From Desulfatiglandales bacterium (GTDB lineage Bacteria > Desulfobacterota > DSM-4660 > Desulfatiglandales > Desulfatiglandaceae): DNA of 64,000 bases. A program made the position numbers and the translations under genes. This document shows positions 17,778 through 28,692 of this stretch, piece after piece. The notes beneath the pieces were generated by a model. It was not told the DNA's origin and did not search any database. It was given only the letters and a program-made list of their open reading frames with translations. The stretch's first letter is position 1, and every line of letters starts with the position of its first letter. The DNA lies in assembly GCA_963662465.1 (NCBI GenBank), contig OY759599.1, positions 1,952,001 through 2,016,000 of the forward strand, read 5' to 3'.

Positions 17778-20123
17778 CTATCCAATCAAACGCTCAATGG
17801 TTTCCAGTAACGCCTGCTGGTCAAAGGTCCCCTTGGTAATATACACATCCGCACCGACCTCCATGCCTCGAATTTTGTCCTCGGTCGATTCCAGGGAGGT
17901 GACCAGCACAATGGGCAAATCCTCAAACCGGGTGTCGTGCCGAACCTTCTCGGTCAACTGGAAACCGTCCATACGCGGCATTTCAATATCAAACACCACC
18001 GCATCGAAAGATTCGTCCTGCATCCGTTCCCACCCTTCAACGCCGTCCGCAGCCTGAGCCACATGGTATCCGGCATTTTCCAGGATATTTTTTTCAAGGG
18101 TTCTCGTGGTAATGGAATCATCCACCACCAGGATTTTCTTGGCCACAGCCGGTTTCCCTCGGATTTTCCGCATCAGGTTGACGCCCTTAAACCCCTGGGC
18201 CGAATAGATCATGCTGCCGGCATTCAGGATCATTACCACCTGCCCCGTGCCCAGGATCGTGGCCCCTGAAATATTCCGTACCCGCTGCAACTGCGGGCCC
18301 AGGTTCTTTATGACAACCTCCTGTACCCCCAGGAACTCCTCCACTTGAAATGCCAGTCTCTTTTCTACCGCCCCCAGAATCACCACCTTGATTTTCTGTC
18401 CCGCGTTTTCGGCCTTTTCAAAACCCGGCAACTCCAGAATCCGGTCCATGGGAAACAACGGCAATGCCCGGCCATCTACGTTAATGGCCGATTTTCCTTC
18501 CATACGCTTAATTTGTTCCGGCTTGAGCTGTAGAATCCGTTCAACACTCGTATTGGGAACCGCCACGGTCTGATTGGCCACCTTCAACATCAATACGTGG
18601 ATGGTGGCCAGGGTCAGGGGCAGAATCAAGGTAAAGGTGGTTCCCTTGTTCATTTCGGTGTACGTTTTAACCTGGCCGTGAAGGTTTTCAAGCTGCTCCC
18701 GCACCACATCCATCCCCACGCCCCGACCGGAGAGCTCCGTAACCGCGGCATGAGTGGATAGACCGGATTGGAAAAGCAGGTCAATGGTCTCATCGAGACC
18801 CATTTTTTCGGCATCCACCGGCGAAATCAGATTGTTTTTCACAGCCGCCCCACGAACCGCGGGCAAGTTGATGCCGGCCCCATCATCGCTCACCTCCAGA
18901 ACGATGTGGTTGCCCCGCTGAAGGGCTTTCAAATAAATGGTTCCTTCGCGGGACTTCCCTTTTTCCAGGCGTTGATCCGGCAGCTCAATGCCATGATCAA
19001 TGGCATTTCGCAACAGGTGTGTCAGCGGATCCTTCAGGCCTTCCAGAACCTGACGATCAATTTCGGTCTCAACCCCTTCCAGAATCAGTTGAACCTCTTT
19101 TCCTTTTTCACGGGCAATATTGCGGATCATTCGAGGGAAAAGATCAAAGAGGGTGGACACCGGCACCATACGCACACGGCGCACACCGTCCTGTATGTCG
19201 TCGGTCAACAATGCCAGGTGCCGGTAGTCCCCTTCCAGCAATTCGCAAAGGCGGTTTATTTTTTGACCCACATCGTTGAGATGAATTTCATTGCGCGTAA
19301 AAAACGCCGTAAGGGTTTCCAAATCCGGATCTCCTTTAACGCGGCGTTCCACATCCCTTTTTTTTGCCCGAATTTTTCGCCAGTGTTTCTCCCATCCACC
19401 CAACACGGTTTGAACGGATTTCAATTCACCCAGTCTTTGTTCCATACGCATTCGCGCACCCAGCAATTCTCCCATTCCAACCATGAGACCATCCAGTTTC
19501 TCCGTACTGACGCGAATGGTGTCGCCGCCCCTGTTGCCAAGGGAAACAGGCTTGGATTCGGCGGTTTTTCCAGCGGAAACCGTCTCTGTTTTTTTCTTCG
19601 GTTTCGCTTCCCCTTGTTCTGTGCGGAGGTTGTCATCGGTTTCGGTTCCAACGCGATCCGCTTCCCCATTTTCCAACGAAACCGCAGGTTCATGGATCTT
19701 ATTCCCGACATCCGATAATTCTCCTCGAAGCACCGAATCCATATCCGACATGACCGCTCTTCTGGCTTCGAATGGCAGAACCAGGCCATCAAGATGCAAT
19801 CGCATGGCATCATTGAGTAGATCGGTGGCGCGAAGCAGAGAATCCACCAGCTGGTAAGAGGATGTCAGCTCTCCTGTCTTAAGGGCGCCCAAAACATCCT
19901 CCATTTTGTGCGCCACCGTATGGATGTCCTTCAAATCAACGGCGCGGGCCGAGCCCTTGATACTGTGTGCCGACCGAAAAAGGGCTTTCAGCAGTTCATC
20001 CCGCTCATCCGGCGGCAGATCCTTTTCGATCTCCAGCAATCCCTTGTTCAGCGCGGCAGAATGGTCTTCCAACTCCGCCCTAAAGGTCGCCAGCAGTTGA
20101 CGCTGAAGTTCTTCGCGATCCAT
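17778..20123 (-). CDS. cheA: CheA-receiver hybrid kinase (WspE-like)
   Basis: Hpt FRSAHSIKG, HLLRNAIDHG, DDGAG, SGRGVGMDVV, CheW domain, C-terminal VVDDSITTR receiver. Confidence 0.95.
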   Translation of the reverse strand: MDREELQRQLLATFRAELEDHSAALNKGLLEIEKDLPPDERDELLKALFRSAHSIKGSARAVDLKDIHTVAHKMEDVLGALKTGELTSSYQLVDSLLRATDLLNDAMRLHLDGLVLPFEARRAVMSDMDSVLRGELSDVGNKIHEPAVSLENGEADRVGTETDDNLRTEQGEAKPKKKTETVSAGKTAESKPVSLGNRGGDTIRVSTEKLDGLMVGMGELLGARMRMEQRLGELKSVQTVLGGWEKHWRKIRAKKRDVERRVKGDPDLETLTAFFTRNEIHLNDVGQKINRLCELLEGDYRHLALLTDDIQDGVRRVRMVPVSTLFDLFPRMIRNIAREKGKEVQLILEGVETEIDRQVLEGLKDPLTHLLRNAIDHGIELPDQRLEKGKSREGTIYLKALQRGNHIVLEVSDDGAGINLPAVRGAAVKNNLISPVDAEKMGLDETIDLLFQSGLSTHAAVTELSGRGVGMDVVREQLENLHGQVKTYTEMNKGTTFTLILPLTLATIHVLMLKVANQTVAVPNTSVERILQLKPEQIKRMEGKSAINVDGRALPLFPMDRILELPGFEKAENAGQKIKVVILGAVEKRLAFQVEEFLGVQEVVIKNLGPQLQRVRNISGATILGTGQVVMILNAGSMIYSAQGFKGVNLMRKIRGKPAVAKKILVVDDSITTRTLEKNILENAGYHVAQAADGVEGWERMQDESFDAVVFDIEMPRMDGFQLTEKVRHDTRFEDLPIVLVTSLESTEDKIRGMEVGADVYITKGTFDQQALLETIERLIG

Positions 20124-20148
20124 ATCTTTCCCCAGTGCAATTGAAATC

Positions 20149-22398
20149 TCAATTCAAACGATAACGTCCCACAATCCCTTTCAGTTGTTCGGCCAAGGCA
20201 TTCAGATTTCTGACGGATTCCTCCACCTCCCGCGTCCCTTCTTCGGTCTGGGAGGTCGTCCGATTGATGTTTTGCATGGCCTCGGAAATCTGATCCATGC
20301 CGGCCAGCTGATCCTGGATGCTCACGGAGATCTGCTGAAGGGTATGGGCGCCCTTTTGCATGTCTTCATTGATGGCACAAATAACTGCCCCCGCTTTCTC
20401 GGCCTGATGCACGCCGGCGTCCGCCCGCCGGGTTCCCTCTTCAGTCACCATCACCGCCCTGTTGGCGGCTTTCTGGATATCTCCCAGAATCTCCTGCACC
20501 CTGGCGGTGGCCTGACGCGACTCATCGGCCAGGTTTCTCACTTCTCCCGCCACCACCGCAAATCCCTTTCCCGCTTCACCGGCGCGGGCCGCTTCAATGG
20601 CGGCATTCAGGGCCAACAGGTTGGACTGGTCGGCGATATCATTGACGGTCTCGATAATGTCTCCGATTTGCTGGGTTTGCTCGCTGAGCGTCAGGATGTT
20701 TTCAGCAATGCTGGACATCTGTTCTTTAATGCGGTTAACCCCTGCAACAGCCTCCTGGACTGCCGCAAAGCCCGCATCTGTTTCTTTCATGGTTTCTTTT
20801 GCCAACCGAGCCATTTTGCTGGATCGTCCGGCACTTTGCTGCGCGGTCCGGCGGGCCTGATCCATTGTGATGGAAGTTTGAGCAACGCTTGCCGCCTGTT
20901 CAGCGCTCATAGCCGCCTGTTCCTGGGTAGCGGCCAGGATCTGAGAAGTAGCCGACGTCATGTTCTGAACCCCTTCAGAAACCAGGGTTGCCAGTTCTTT
21001 CAGATTCCGCGTCATTTGGTTCAGGTAATTACCCAAAATCGCCAATTCGTCTTCATTGTTTGGCGGAATCACTTCGGCGGTCAAATCGCCCCGGCCCACA
21101 ACTTCCAAAAATTTCACGTAATCTCTCACTGTGGATTCCAGGGATTGTTTGGTTTCCCGGTCTGCCCGGGCACGGTATTCCAGTTCTTCGGTCATCTGTC
21201 TGAGATTGGCCACCATCCGGTTAAAAGACTTGGCCAGCATGCCGGCTTCGCCCTTTGCGCGAACCTCCGCAATCACATTCAGGTCCCCTGCGCTGATTTT
21301 TTCCGCCGCATCCGTCACACGTCCGATGGGCCTGGAAATCCTGGCCGCCACGAACCAGACCAGCGCCAGCGCAAGGGCCGTCAAAATCAAGCCGATAAAG
21401 ATCATGCGCCACATCATGCGCGAGGTTTCATGGGTAACCACATCCCAGGGCAGACTGATATTGACAAACCAGGGCGTTTGCGTATGGCCGATGCGCACCG
21501 GTACAAACGCCGTTATAAACCCTTCGTCCATTTCAACAACGGCTTTTCCCGATTGAACATACGCCAGGTCCGATCGCAGGTCCCGATGCGGTTTTTGCGT
21601 GAGGCCACCCAGGTCTTTATGGTTTCCTTCGGAAGCAACGATCATACCCCCATGGGTGATAAGGCTGACCACGGCTTGTCCGGGATAGGGATTGTGCTTT
21701 TCCAGATAGGTCTGTAGCGCCTTCATGCCCACATCCACGCCTGCAATGCCCCGGAAAACACCGTCCACTACGATGGGCGCTACCAGCGACGTCATCAACA
21801 CCTCCCGGCCCTGCACCGGATAGAGATAGGGCTCGATGATGCACTCTCTCTTTCGCTTTCTGGGCAACTGATAATAGTCGCCTTTACCCTCAATTTCGTA
21901 ATATTCAGGGGTCTCCACCTCGATTTCTCCGGACCCCCCCCGATTCCAGTAGGCGATAAATCGGCCCGTTTCGTCATAGGGAAAGCGGCCCTTGAATTGG
22001 TCATCTTTCCCATCAAAGGCATCGGGCTCCCAGAGGGTATAGGTTCCGACAAAATCCGGATTGCTTGCCGTCACTTTTTTGAGCATTCGGTTGATCTGAT
22101 CCCGAGATAACGCCACGCCGTTTTCAACCATCCCCGAGACGGCCTTTTCCTTTATTCCCACAGAACCAAACGCCTGCGCCAGGGTCCGCGCCGCATCCAG
22201 CGGGACCTCTATACGGGCCTGGATAAAATTTCCGATGGCCTCTCCATCAGCAAGGATGCCCTTTTTCGCCGTCTCAAGGGCAATGCTTCGCTGGGTAACG
22301 ACCGCATAGGCGAGCATCAGGCCAAACATCAATAACATGCACGCCCCCACCCACAAAAGGATTTTGACCTTGATGGTTTGGACGCTGAATCGAACCAT
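20149..22398 (-). CDS. Methyl-accepting chemotaxis protein with dCache-like sensor
   Basis: TM, periplasmic YYQLP...IIEPY..., TM, HAMP, signalling hairpin [16 protein letters not shown]. Confidence 0.93.
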   Translation of the reverse strand: MVRFSVQTIKVKILLWVGACMLLMFGLMLAYAVVTQRSIALETAKKGILADGEAIGNFIQARIEVPLDAARTLAQAFGSVGIKEKAVSGMVENGVALSRDQINRMLKKVTASNPDFVGTYTLWEPDAFDGKDDQFKGRFPYDETGRFIAYWNRGGSGEIEVETPEYYEIEGKGDYYQLPRKRKRECIIEPYLYPVQGREVLMTSLVAPIVVDGVFRGIAGVDVGMKALQTYLEKHNPYPGQAVVSLITHGGMIVASEGNHKDLGGLTQKPHRDLRSDLAYVQSGKAVVEMDEGFITAFVPVRIGHTQTPWFVNISLPWDVVTHETSRMMWRMIFIGLILTALALALVWFVAARISRPIGRVTDAAEKISAGDLNVIAEVRAKGEAGMLAKSFNRMVANLRQMTEELEYRARADRETKQSLESTVRDYVKFLEVVGRGDLTAEVIPPNNEDELAILGNYLNQMTRNLKELATLVSEGVQNMTSATSQILAATQEQAAMSAEQAASVAQTSITMDQARRTAQQSAGRSSKMARLAKETMKETDAGFAAVQEAVAGVNRIKEQMSSIAENILTLSEQTQQIGDIIETVNDIADQSNLLALNAAIEAARAGEAGKGFAVVAGEVRNLADESRQATARVQEILGDIQKAANRAVMVTEEGTRRADAGVHQAEKAGAVICAINEDMQKGAHTLQQISVSIQDQLAGMDQISEAMQNINRTTSQTEEGTREVEESVRNLNALAEQLKGIVGRYRLN

Positions 22399-22417
22399 TT
22401 CTACTTTCCTCACCTTG

Positions 22418-22981
22418 CTAAGCCGTCTCTTCCCGAACGATGATTCCCGGATCGGAAATAAGCTTTTGCATATCCAGAATCATGAGCATGTCGGCGGTCA
22501 CGCCTTTGATATACCCCTGGGCGCCGGCTGAAACAGCCCCGGTCGGAGGCTGAACATCACTCAGGGAAATTTTTTCAAGTTTCGGACGACCATCCGCCAC
22601 AATGCAGAATTCCATCAACTTTCGATCCGGTGCGGTTTCACCTACAATTAAAAGCACATGGGCCTTTTCCATGTCAATATCAACGGCAATTCCCAGATAG
22701 GCGGCAATATTCATCATGGAATAGATTCTGCCTCGAAGATTGACCGCCCCGACAATAAAATCAGGCGTACAGGGGACCAGGGACCACATCCCCCGCTTCA
22801 GGGGTTGAATCTCCTGAATGTGTTCGATGTTCAGACCGAAGCGCTCCTCGCCCAATGAAAAGCTCAGAAGCCGCGGAACGTCCTGAGCCTCTGACTCTCC
22901 AGGCCCTGTTTTGGCCAATTCACACGCCCGCTGCTTCAGGATTTTTTGTAACGCTTCATCCAGGGATGTTTCCGTCATCAT
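22418..22981 (-). CDS. cheW: CheW coupling protein
   Basis: [37 protein letters not shown]. Confidence 0.9.
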   Translation of the reverse strand: MMTETSLDEALQKILKQRACELAKTGPGESEAQDVPRLLSFSLGEERFGLNIEHIQEIQPLKRGMWSLVPCTPDFIVGAVNLRGRIYSMMNIAAYLGIAVDIDMEKAHVLLIVGETAPDRKLMEFCIVADGRPKLEKISLSDVQPPTGAVSAGAQGYIKGVTADMLMILDMQKLISDPGIIVREETA

Positions 22982-23049
22982 CTGCAAACCCTTTCTTGTA
23001 AACATTTACGATTCAGCGCTTTTTCAACCGTAAGCAGTTGCCCATTTTT

Positions 23050-24582
23050 TTACTTCAAGGTCTTCGCCATTGTCAACAGCGTCCCGGCCGTCAGCGCTTC
23101 CGCGTCTGACAGGGGCGTCTCCGGCGCCATACGGGAAAGCAGTTTTACGGCCTGGTCTCGGTGGCGATCCGATTGATCGTTCTTATCCAGCCGGCGAAAC
23201 AAAACCGCCATGGAAAAATGGGCCAATGCAAAATCGGGTTTAAGAAAAAGCGCCCGCTTGAGTTTGTCGAGCGCATCTTTCATATTGCCGCTTTCCTGAT
23301 GGATCAGCGCCAGGGTATAGTAAGCATCCGAAATCAAGGGGTTGATCTCAATGGCTTGCTCACAAAATAATTTGGCCGATTCCATCCTGCCGAGATTGGC
23401 ATGGGCCAAACCCATCTGATAAAGGCTTTCGGCATCTTTGGGGTTTTGGGCAATACACGTCAAAAATGCATCCATGGCTTCTTCATAGCGCTTCTGACGA
23501 ACCAGATGGATGCCTTTCTGAAAAAAATCCAGTGCAGGAGCCGTTTCCCCCGAAAATACGGGATTCGTTGTTTTCTGAATGAAACCGTTTTCCGTAAGCT
23601 GTGAATCCTCTTTGGCCGTTTCTTCAAAAACCGTCGGTTTCACGGGAGTGATGGGTACAGGCGTACGGCAGATGCTTTCATTTGCGGACTTTCCATGAAA
23701 CCGAAACGGCTTGGTGAAAGGTTTTCGCAACTTTTGAAAGACCGTACCACCTGAAAAAATACGGGCCGCATAGGCATCAAAAACCGGAATGCCGGTTTCA
23801 GCCGCACCCATCATAAGCCATCCACCCCATATCAAACACCTGTGAAAACGTTCGGCCACCTGTCGGATCACCGCCTCGGAATAATAGATGGCCACATTGC
23901 GGCACAGAATCAGGTCCATGGCGTTGGTATTGGTGAAAAGGGACGGATAAACCGGCTCGTTCAAATTGAGGTAGGCAAAGTGTACGTTTTCCCGAATTCG
24001 CGGAATCACTTCGTACGCTTCACCCTTTTGTCTGAAATAACGGGATTGAAAGCTCGGATCGGTTTGCCGAAAGGACCAGGGCCGATAGTGAGCTGCCCTG
24101 CCCTTTTTGAGTACCGTTTTATTGATATCCGTTGCCAGGATGGTAATGTTCCAGAGATGGATATCTAAAAGCAGCTCTGCCAGCAACATGGACAGGGTGT
24201 AGGCTTCTTCGCCGGTGGCACACGCCGCACTCCATATTCGAATTCGGCGATCATGTTGATGTTCGGCAATGATCCGGGGGAGAACATACTGCCGAAGGGC
24301 CTCAATCTGTTTTTCATCCCTGAAAAAATAAGTTTCCCCGACCGTCAGTTCCTTAACCAGTGCATCCCACAGGGGGCTGTTCGTTTCAGCGACCTGAAGC
24401 ATTTGAAAATATCGGTCCAAGTCGTTTTCAGCAGCCTCTTTACACAATAAGGTAATGCCCCGTCCCAAGGCGGATCGCCTTTTAGGCCCGAAGAGGATGC
24501 CGGTCCGTTCCAGAACCAGTGTCTTGAATCGTTCATGCTGATCGTTGTTCAGGAAATATCGGGATTTCAGCGCCGTATTCAT
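23050..24582 (-). CDS. cheR: CheR methyltransferase with C-terminal TPR repeats (WspC-like)
   Basis: TVGETYFFRD, IWSAACATGEEAY, ATDIN, LCRNVAIY, followed by TPR helices. Confidence 0.93.
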   Translation of the reverse strand: MNTALKSRYFLNNDQHERFKTLVLERTGILFGPKRRSALGRGITLLCKEAAENDLDRYFQMLQVAETNSPLWDALVKELTVGETYFFRDEKQIEALRQYVLPRIIAEHQHDRRIRIWSAACATGEEAYTLSMLLAELLLDIHLWNITILATDINKTVLKKGRAAHYRPWSFRQTDPSFQSRYFRQKGEAYEVIPRIRENVHFAYLNLNEPVYPSLFTNTNAMDLILCRNVAIYYSEAVIRQVAERFHRCLIWGGWLMMGAAETGIPVFDAYAARIFSGGTVFQKLRKPFTKPFRFHGKSANESICRTPVPITPVKPTVFEETAKEDSQLTENGFIQKTTNPVFSGETAPALDFFQKGIHLVRQKRYEEAMDAFLTCIAQNPKDAESLYQMGLAHANLGRMESAKLFCEQAIEINPLISDAYYTLALIHQESGNMKDALDKLKRALFLKPDFALAHFSMAVLFRRLDKNDQSDRHRDQAVKLLSRMAPETPLSDAEALTAGTLLTMAKTLK

Positions 24583-24589
24583 AACTTTG

Positions 24590-25126
24590 TTAATCTACCA
24601 AATGTTCTTCAAATTCAATGAGCGCCCCGGTATCGATCTGATCAACCTCCAGCACCAGATAAACAACATTGTTTTTCCGAACCACCGCGTTAAGCAACGG
24701 GGATTTCTTCAAAGCACCCTCCGGTTTTGCCAGATGACGCCGGGATACGGCCATCACTTCCTCGACGTCTTCGGCAATGACCCCCAGCCTTCGGTTCCGC
24801 GTATGCATAATCAGGATGCGATGATCCAGTTCCGCCGTTTTAAGCGGCAAACCCAATCGTTTTCTCAAGGTAATGACCGGCATTACCTTTCCCTGCAAGT
24901 TGATGAGCCCGGAAATCCAATCCGGCGCCTCAGGGACCGGAACCAGTGCCACCATGCGAATAACGCGCTCGACCTTGTCCAGGGGAAAAGCCAGTTGACG
25001 GTCGCCAATGCGAAAAGCGAGAAAATACCCCTCAATCCCCCCCGAATCAGAAGTTTTGGGTTCCTGTAACGCATGCGGTTCGCCAAGAGGCATCTCTGAC
25101 GGCTCTATGGTTGATTTATCCTGCAC
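24590..25126 (-). CDS. cheW: CheW coupling protein
   Basis: LAFPLDKVERVI, VPEAPDWISGLINLQGKVMPVI. Confidence 0.9.
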   Translation of the reverse strand: MQDKSTIEPSEMPLGEPHALQEPKTSDSGGIEGYFLAFRIGDRQLAFPLDKVERVIRMVALVPVPEAPDWISGLINLQGKVMPVITLRKRLGLPLKTAELDHRILIMHTRNRRLGVIAEDVEEVMAVSRRHLAKPEGALKKSPLLNAVVRKNNVVYLVLEVDQIDTGALIEFEEHLVD

Positions 25127-25358
25127 TTTTTCTTCCTCGCATCTCCATATTTTGACACATAGAGGATGTATTACTATCTTGAACCCCTTGTCAACAGCAA
25201 TCCATCACCCCTTACCATTGCATCAGGGCGGTACGGGTTAAATGCCAAGGGATTGACAAAATGGGCGGAATATGAGAATCAAGTGACGAATCATTGAACA
25301 GATCGTTCCCGAGAAATGGCTGGAAATGCTCCCTGTACCGGAAAGGCAACCTCAAAAA

Positions 25359-26282
25359 ATGAACACGAAAATGACCCACACACCCTTTGAAAAGGGAACG
25401 TTATGGACCCGAATTCTGGAAACGACCCAAACCGCATTGAAAAATGGCACGCTGAGACCCATTCACACGGAAGGCAGGGTCATGAGAGACGGAGGGGTAG
25501 ACTTCCTGGTCAGAGTGGTGGAAAGCCTGGCCCGAAAGGCAGCGGATAAGATTCTAATGGCGGAAAAGAGCAGGGGAAAAAAAGAAAAGCCCAATCCTTT
25601 TCTCCCCTATGAAGAAGACATGTTTGTCTCCGATATTTCCGATACCCACCGCTGCCTCCTTAACAAGTTCAACGTGATCGCGTACCACCTGCTGATCGTT
25701 ACAAGGGTATTTGAACACCAGGAAACCCTTCTTACGCTTCGTGATTTTGAAGCTGCGTGCCGGTGCATGGTTGAATTCGAGGGCCTCGCCTTTTATAACG
25801 GCGGCAAAATTGCCGGGGCCAGCCAGGACCATAAACACCTGCAACTGATTCCGCTCCCCATGGCGTCCACCGGAAAGGCAGTCCCCATGGAAAGTCTCTT
25901 TGAGCAACCGCAAAAAATCCCGGGCGTGGTCCCCGGCCTTCCGTTTATCCATGCCTTCAAGCGGTTTTCGTCCATTACCGATATCCCTCTTGATATGGGG
26001 GCCCTGGCCCTTCACAAGATGTATCGACTCATGCTCCATCAGGTGGGGCTCAACACCTTCAGCGAGCGGGACAAAAACCTCCAGTCCGGTCCCTACAACC
26101 TGCTCTTCACCCGGGAATGGATGCTCCTGGTTCCCCGATCAAGGGAATATTTTGAATCGATTTCCGTGAATGCCCTTGGCTTTGCCGGCGCGCTGCTGGC
26201 TCGCAACCCGGAAGAAATGGATCTCATTGAAAAAGAGGGGGGCATGGGGGTGCTGAAACATACTGCGGTGGCACAACCGTAG
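25359..26282 (+). CDS. ATP adenylyltransferase / Ap4A phosphorylase (APA2-like, HIT-related)
   Basis: NPFLPYE, LLNKFNV, FYNGG..AGASQDHKHLQ (HxHxQ), YNLL, ISVNALGFAG; exact start uncertain. Confidence 0.85.
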   Translation: MNTKMTHTPFEKGTLWTRILETTQTALKNGTLRPIHTEGRVMRDGGVDFLVRVVESLARKAADKILMAEKSRGKKEKPNPFLPYEEDMFVSDISDTHRCLLNKFNVIAYHLLIVTRVFEHQETLLTLRDFEAACRCMVEFEGLAFYNGGKIAGASQDHKHLQLIPLPMASTGKAVPMESLFEQPQKIPGVVPGLPFIHAFKRFSSITDIPLDMGALALHKMYRLMLHQVGLNTFSERDKNLQSGPYNLLFTREWMLLVPRSREYFESISVNALGFAGALLARNPEEMDLIEKEGGMGVLKHTAVAQP

Positions 26283-26340
26283 GGGGCGCCCTCCCCGTGG
26301 GCGCCCGAAAACGGGGCAACCACGGGGGGATTGCCCCTAC
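26279..26340. repeat. GTAG-family REP doublet (two inverted REP-like palindromes)
   Basis: GTAGGGGGCGCCCTCCCCGTGGGCGCCC ... GGGCAACCACGGGGGGATTGCCCCTAC. Confidence 0.75.
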
Positions 26341-26873
26341 TTCTTTTCTTTTTGTTCGCTGGCCAGATGGGTTGCGGATTCAACGGGATTGGTGGCATGC
26401 AGTCTTTCCCGTACCTCTTTCACCTCTTCCTCCGTGCCATGAAAGATGACCAGGAATTTATCGGCTTTGACCGCCGTCTCATACTTGACCACGCTGTCCT
26501 TGGGGATGCCGATGCTGAAAAGGCCCGCTCCCAGGGCACTTAAACCACCCACAACGATGGCGTTTTCAAGTGCCCCCAGAATCAACCCGCCCGCCGGTCC
26601 CAGAGCCACGATATGCCCTACCCCCGGAACAAAAAAGAGGGCAGACCCGAACAGCAGCCCCATAATCCCACCCCAGAAAGCGCCCAGTTTACCCCAGAAC
26701 TTCATGCGATCCCCGGCATTGTAGTATCCCACCACATTTTCTTCCGCATGATAATCCTTGCCCAATATGGACAGTTTTTTCATGTTGACACCGGCCTTTT
26801 CCAGGGCCCTGATGGCGACTTCAGCCTCGGTGTGGGTGTTGTAAATGGCAACCGCTGAACTATCTTTTGACAT
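26337..26873 (-). CDS. General-stress/DUF1269-like glycine-rich membrane protein
   Basis: AIYNTHTEAE, LSILGKDYH, WGKLGAFWGG, LFSIGIP..YE..KADKFLV. Confidence 0.75.
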   Translation of the reverse strand: MSKDSSAVAIYNTHTEAEVAIRALEKAGVNMKKLSILGKDYHAEENVVGYYNAGDRMKFWGKLGAFWGGIMGLLFGSALFFVPGVGHIVALGPAGGLILGALENAIVVGGLSALGAGLFSIGIPKDSVVKYETAVKADKFLVIFHGTEEEVKEVRERLHATNPVESATHLASEQKEKK

Positions 26874-26919
26874 GCAAATCCTCCCTCTCAAAAAAGTTTT
26901 TCAAATCGCATCGAAAAAA

Positions 26920-28062
26920 TTACTTTCCGATGACGTGTTTGGCAATGACGGTCCTCTGGATTTCAGAGGTTCCCTCATAAAGGGTAAATACCCGAGCATC
27001 CCGGTAATACCGCTCCACGGGATAGTCCTGCATGTAACCATATCCCCCGTGGATTTGCAAGGCCTGGTAAGCCGCCCTGTTGGCCATTTCGGAGGCGAAC
27101 ACCTTGGCCATGGAGGCTGCCGCGCTATAGTTTTCACCTCTGTCCCGCATGGCGGCGGCATTGAAGGTCAGAAGCCTTGCCGCCTCAATTTCCGTGGCCA
27201 TATCGGCGATCATCCACCTGAGTCCTTGAAACTGGGAAATGGTTTTCCCGAACTGCACCCGCTCATTGGCGTAAGCCACCGCCGCATCCAGACAGGCATG
27301 GGCGACTCCCAGGGACTGGGATGAAATACCGATTCGCCCTCCGTCAAGAGATGTCATGGCAATGAGAAATCCGTCCCCTTCCGCTCCCAGAAGATTCTCC
27401 GCCGGAACGCGGCAATCTTCGAAAATCAACTCCACCGTGTCGGATGCGCGAAGCCCCATTTTTTTCTCTTCCTTGCCCACGGAAAACCCGGGCGTCCCCT
27501 TCTCCACCACAAAAGCGCTGATGCCGCGATGTTTTTTGTCCGGGTCCGTATAGGCGGTGACCACGGTCAAATGGGAATTCTTGCCCGTGGTAATGAACAT
27601 CTTGTTGCCGTTTAGGACATAACTGTTCCCCTCTTTTACCGCTCTGGTTTTCTGGCTCACGGGGTCGCTTCCCGCCCCCGGTTCCGTTAGGGCGAAGGAT
27701 CCCAGCATTTCCCCCATAGCCAGCTTTTTCAGGTATTTTTCTTTCAGGTAATCGGATCCGAAAAGGGTAATGGGGCCGCACGCCACGGAATTGTGTACCG
27801 ACATGATCACCGCCGTAGATGCGCAGGCATAAGCGATTTCCTGGAGGGCCAGGCAATAACTGACCGTGTCCACCCCCGCGCCATTATAGGCCACAGGCGC
27901 ATTCATGCCCAACAGGCCCAGTTTGCCCATTTTTTTGAGATTTTCAGCGGGGAATTCGCCGGTCAAGTCCCTTTCCGCGGCCGTCGGTAAAACGGTCTCC
28001 CTGGCAAATTCCCTGACCATGGCACGGATCATCCGTTGTTCTTCATTGAGTTGGTAGGCCAT
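26920..28062 (-). CDS. Acyl-CoA dehydrogenase (short/branched chain)
   Basis: FALTEPGAGSD, KMFITTG, RVQFGK, QIHGGYGY, YEGT catalytic Glu. Confidence 0.95.
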   Translation of the reverse strand: MAYQLNEEQRMIRAMVREFARETVLPTAAERDLTGEFPAENLKKMGKLGLLGMNAPVAYNGAGVDTVSYCLALQEIAYACASTAVIMSVHNSVACGPITLFGSDYLKEKYLKKLAMGEMLGSFALTEPGAGSDPVSQKTRAVKEGNSYVLNGNKMFITTGKNSHLTVVTAYTDPDKKHRGISAFVVEKGTPGFSVGKEEKKMGLRASDTVELIFEDCRVPAENLLGAEGDGFLIAMTSLDGGRIGISSQSLGVAHACLDAAVAYANERVQFGKTISQFQGLRWMIADMATEIEAARLLTFNAAAMRDRGENYSAAASMAKVFASEMANRAAYQALQIHGGYGYMQDYPVERYYRDARVFTLYEGTSEIQRTVIAKHVIGK

Positions 28063-28124
28063 TTTCCTCCCTCAAAAATTCGCACAATGGATTCTTGACA
28101 ACCGGTTCCGTTAACACACCCGGA

Positions 28125-28673
28125 TCAGGGCGTATAGAGTACCACCAGAAGTTCCGCCGTTTCCGAGCTGATATTCTTCAGTTTGTGAACAATGGAAGAA
28201 TCAAAATGAAGGCTATCCCCGGGACCCAGAATATTCTGATTCTCTCCCACCATCACCTCGATCTTACCCTTGAGTACATACTGGAATTCCTCTCCCACAT
28301 GCTGGTATCCCACGGGCTTGTGCTCGGATTTGGGATCAATCAATACCTTGAAGGCTTTCAAGCGCTTGTGCCTCGCTTCAGGGGTCAGGGTTTCGTAGCT
28401 GTACTCCTCGGTGCGCTTCTGATATCCTTCCGCTGATTTTTCGCCGGCCCTCTTTTTTTCCTCCCGGAGCAGAATACTCGAATCCACTTCGAGGGCTTTC
28501 GATAGTTGAAGGATTACCGAAACCGGCGGCATCACCTCTCCCTTTTCCACCTGGGAGATAAACCCAGGCTTCAGCCCCGTTTCATTGGCCAGGTGCTTGA
28601 GGGTGAGCTTTTTATCTTTCCTCAACTTCATGAGGCGTTTTCCGATGGACTGGTCTTTTTTTCCACTCGGCAT
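28125..28673 (-). CDS. XRE-HTH plus cupin transcriptional regulator
   Basis: LTLKHLANETGL..ISQVEKG HTH; HVGEEF...GDSLHFDS..H cupin; AGGAGG before ATG 28673. Confidence 0.88.
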   Translation of the reverse strand: MPSGKKDQSIGKRLMKLRKDKKLTLKHLANETGLKPGFISQVEKGEVMPPVSVILQLSKALEVDSSILLREEKKRAGEKSAEGYQKRTEEYSYETLTPEARHKRLKAFKVLIDPKSEHKPVGYQHVGEEFQYVLKGKIEVMVGENQNILGPGDSLHFDSSIVHKLKNISSETAELLVVLYTP

Positions 28674-28692
28674 GGATACCCTCCTTTCGTCT

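Noticed and set aside
20185..21717. Long + strand ORF, and similar antisense ORFs at 3301-4716, 30268-31425, 32354-33400 and 56498-58105
   Set aside because: Antisense shadows of well-supported genes, with no recognisable motifs
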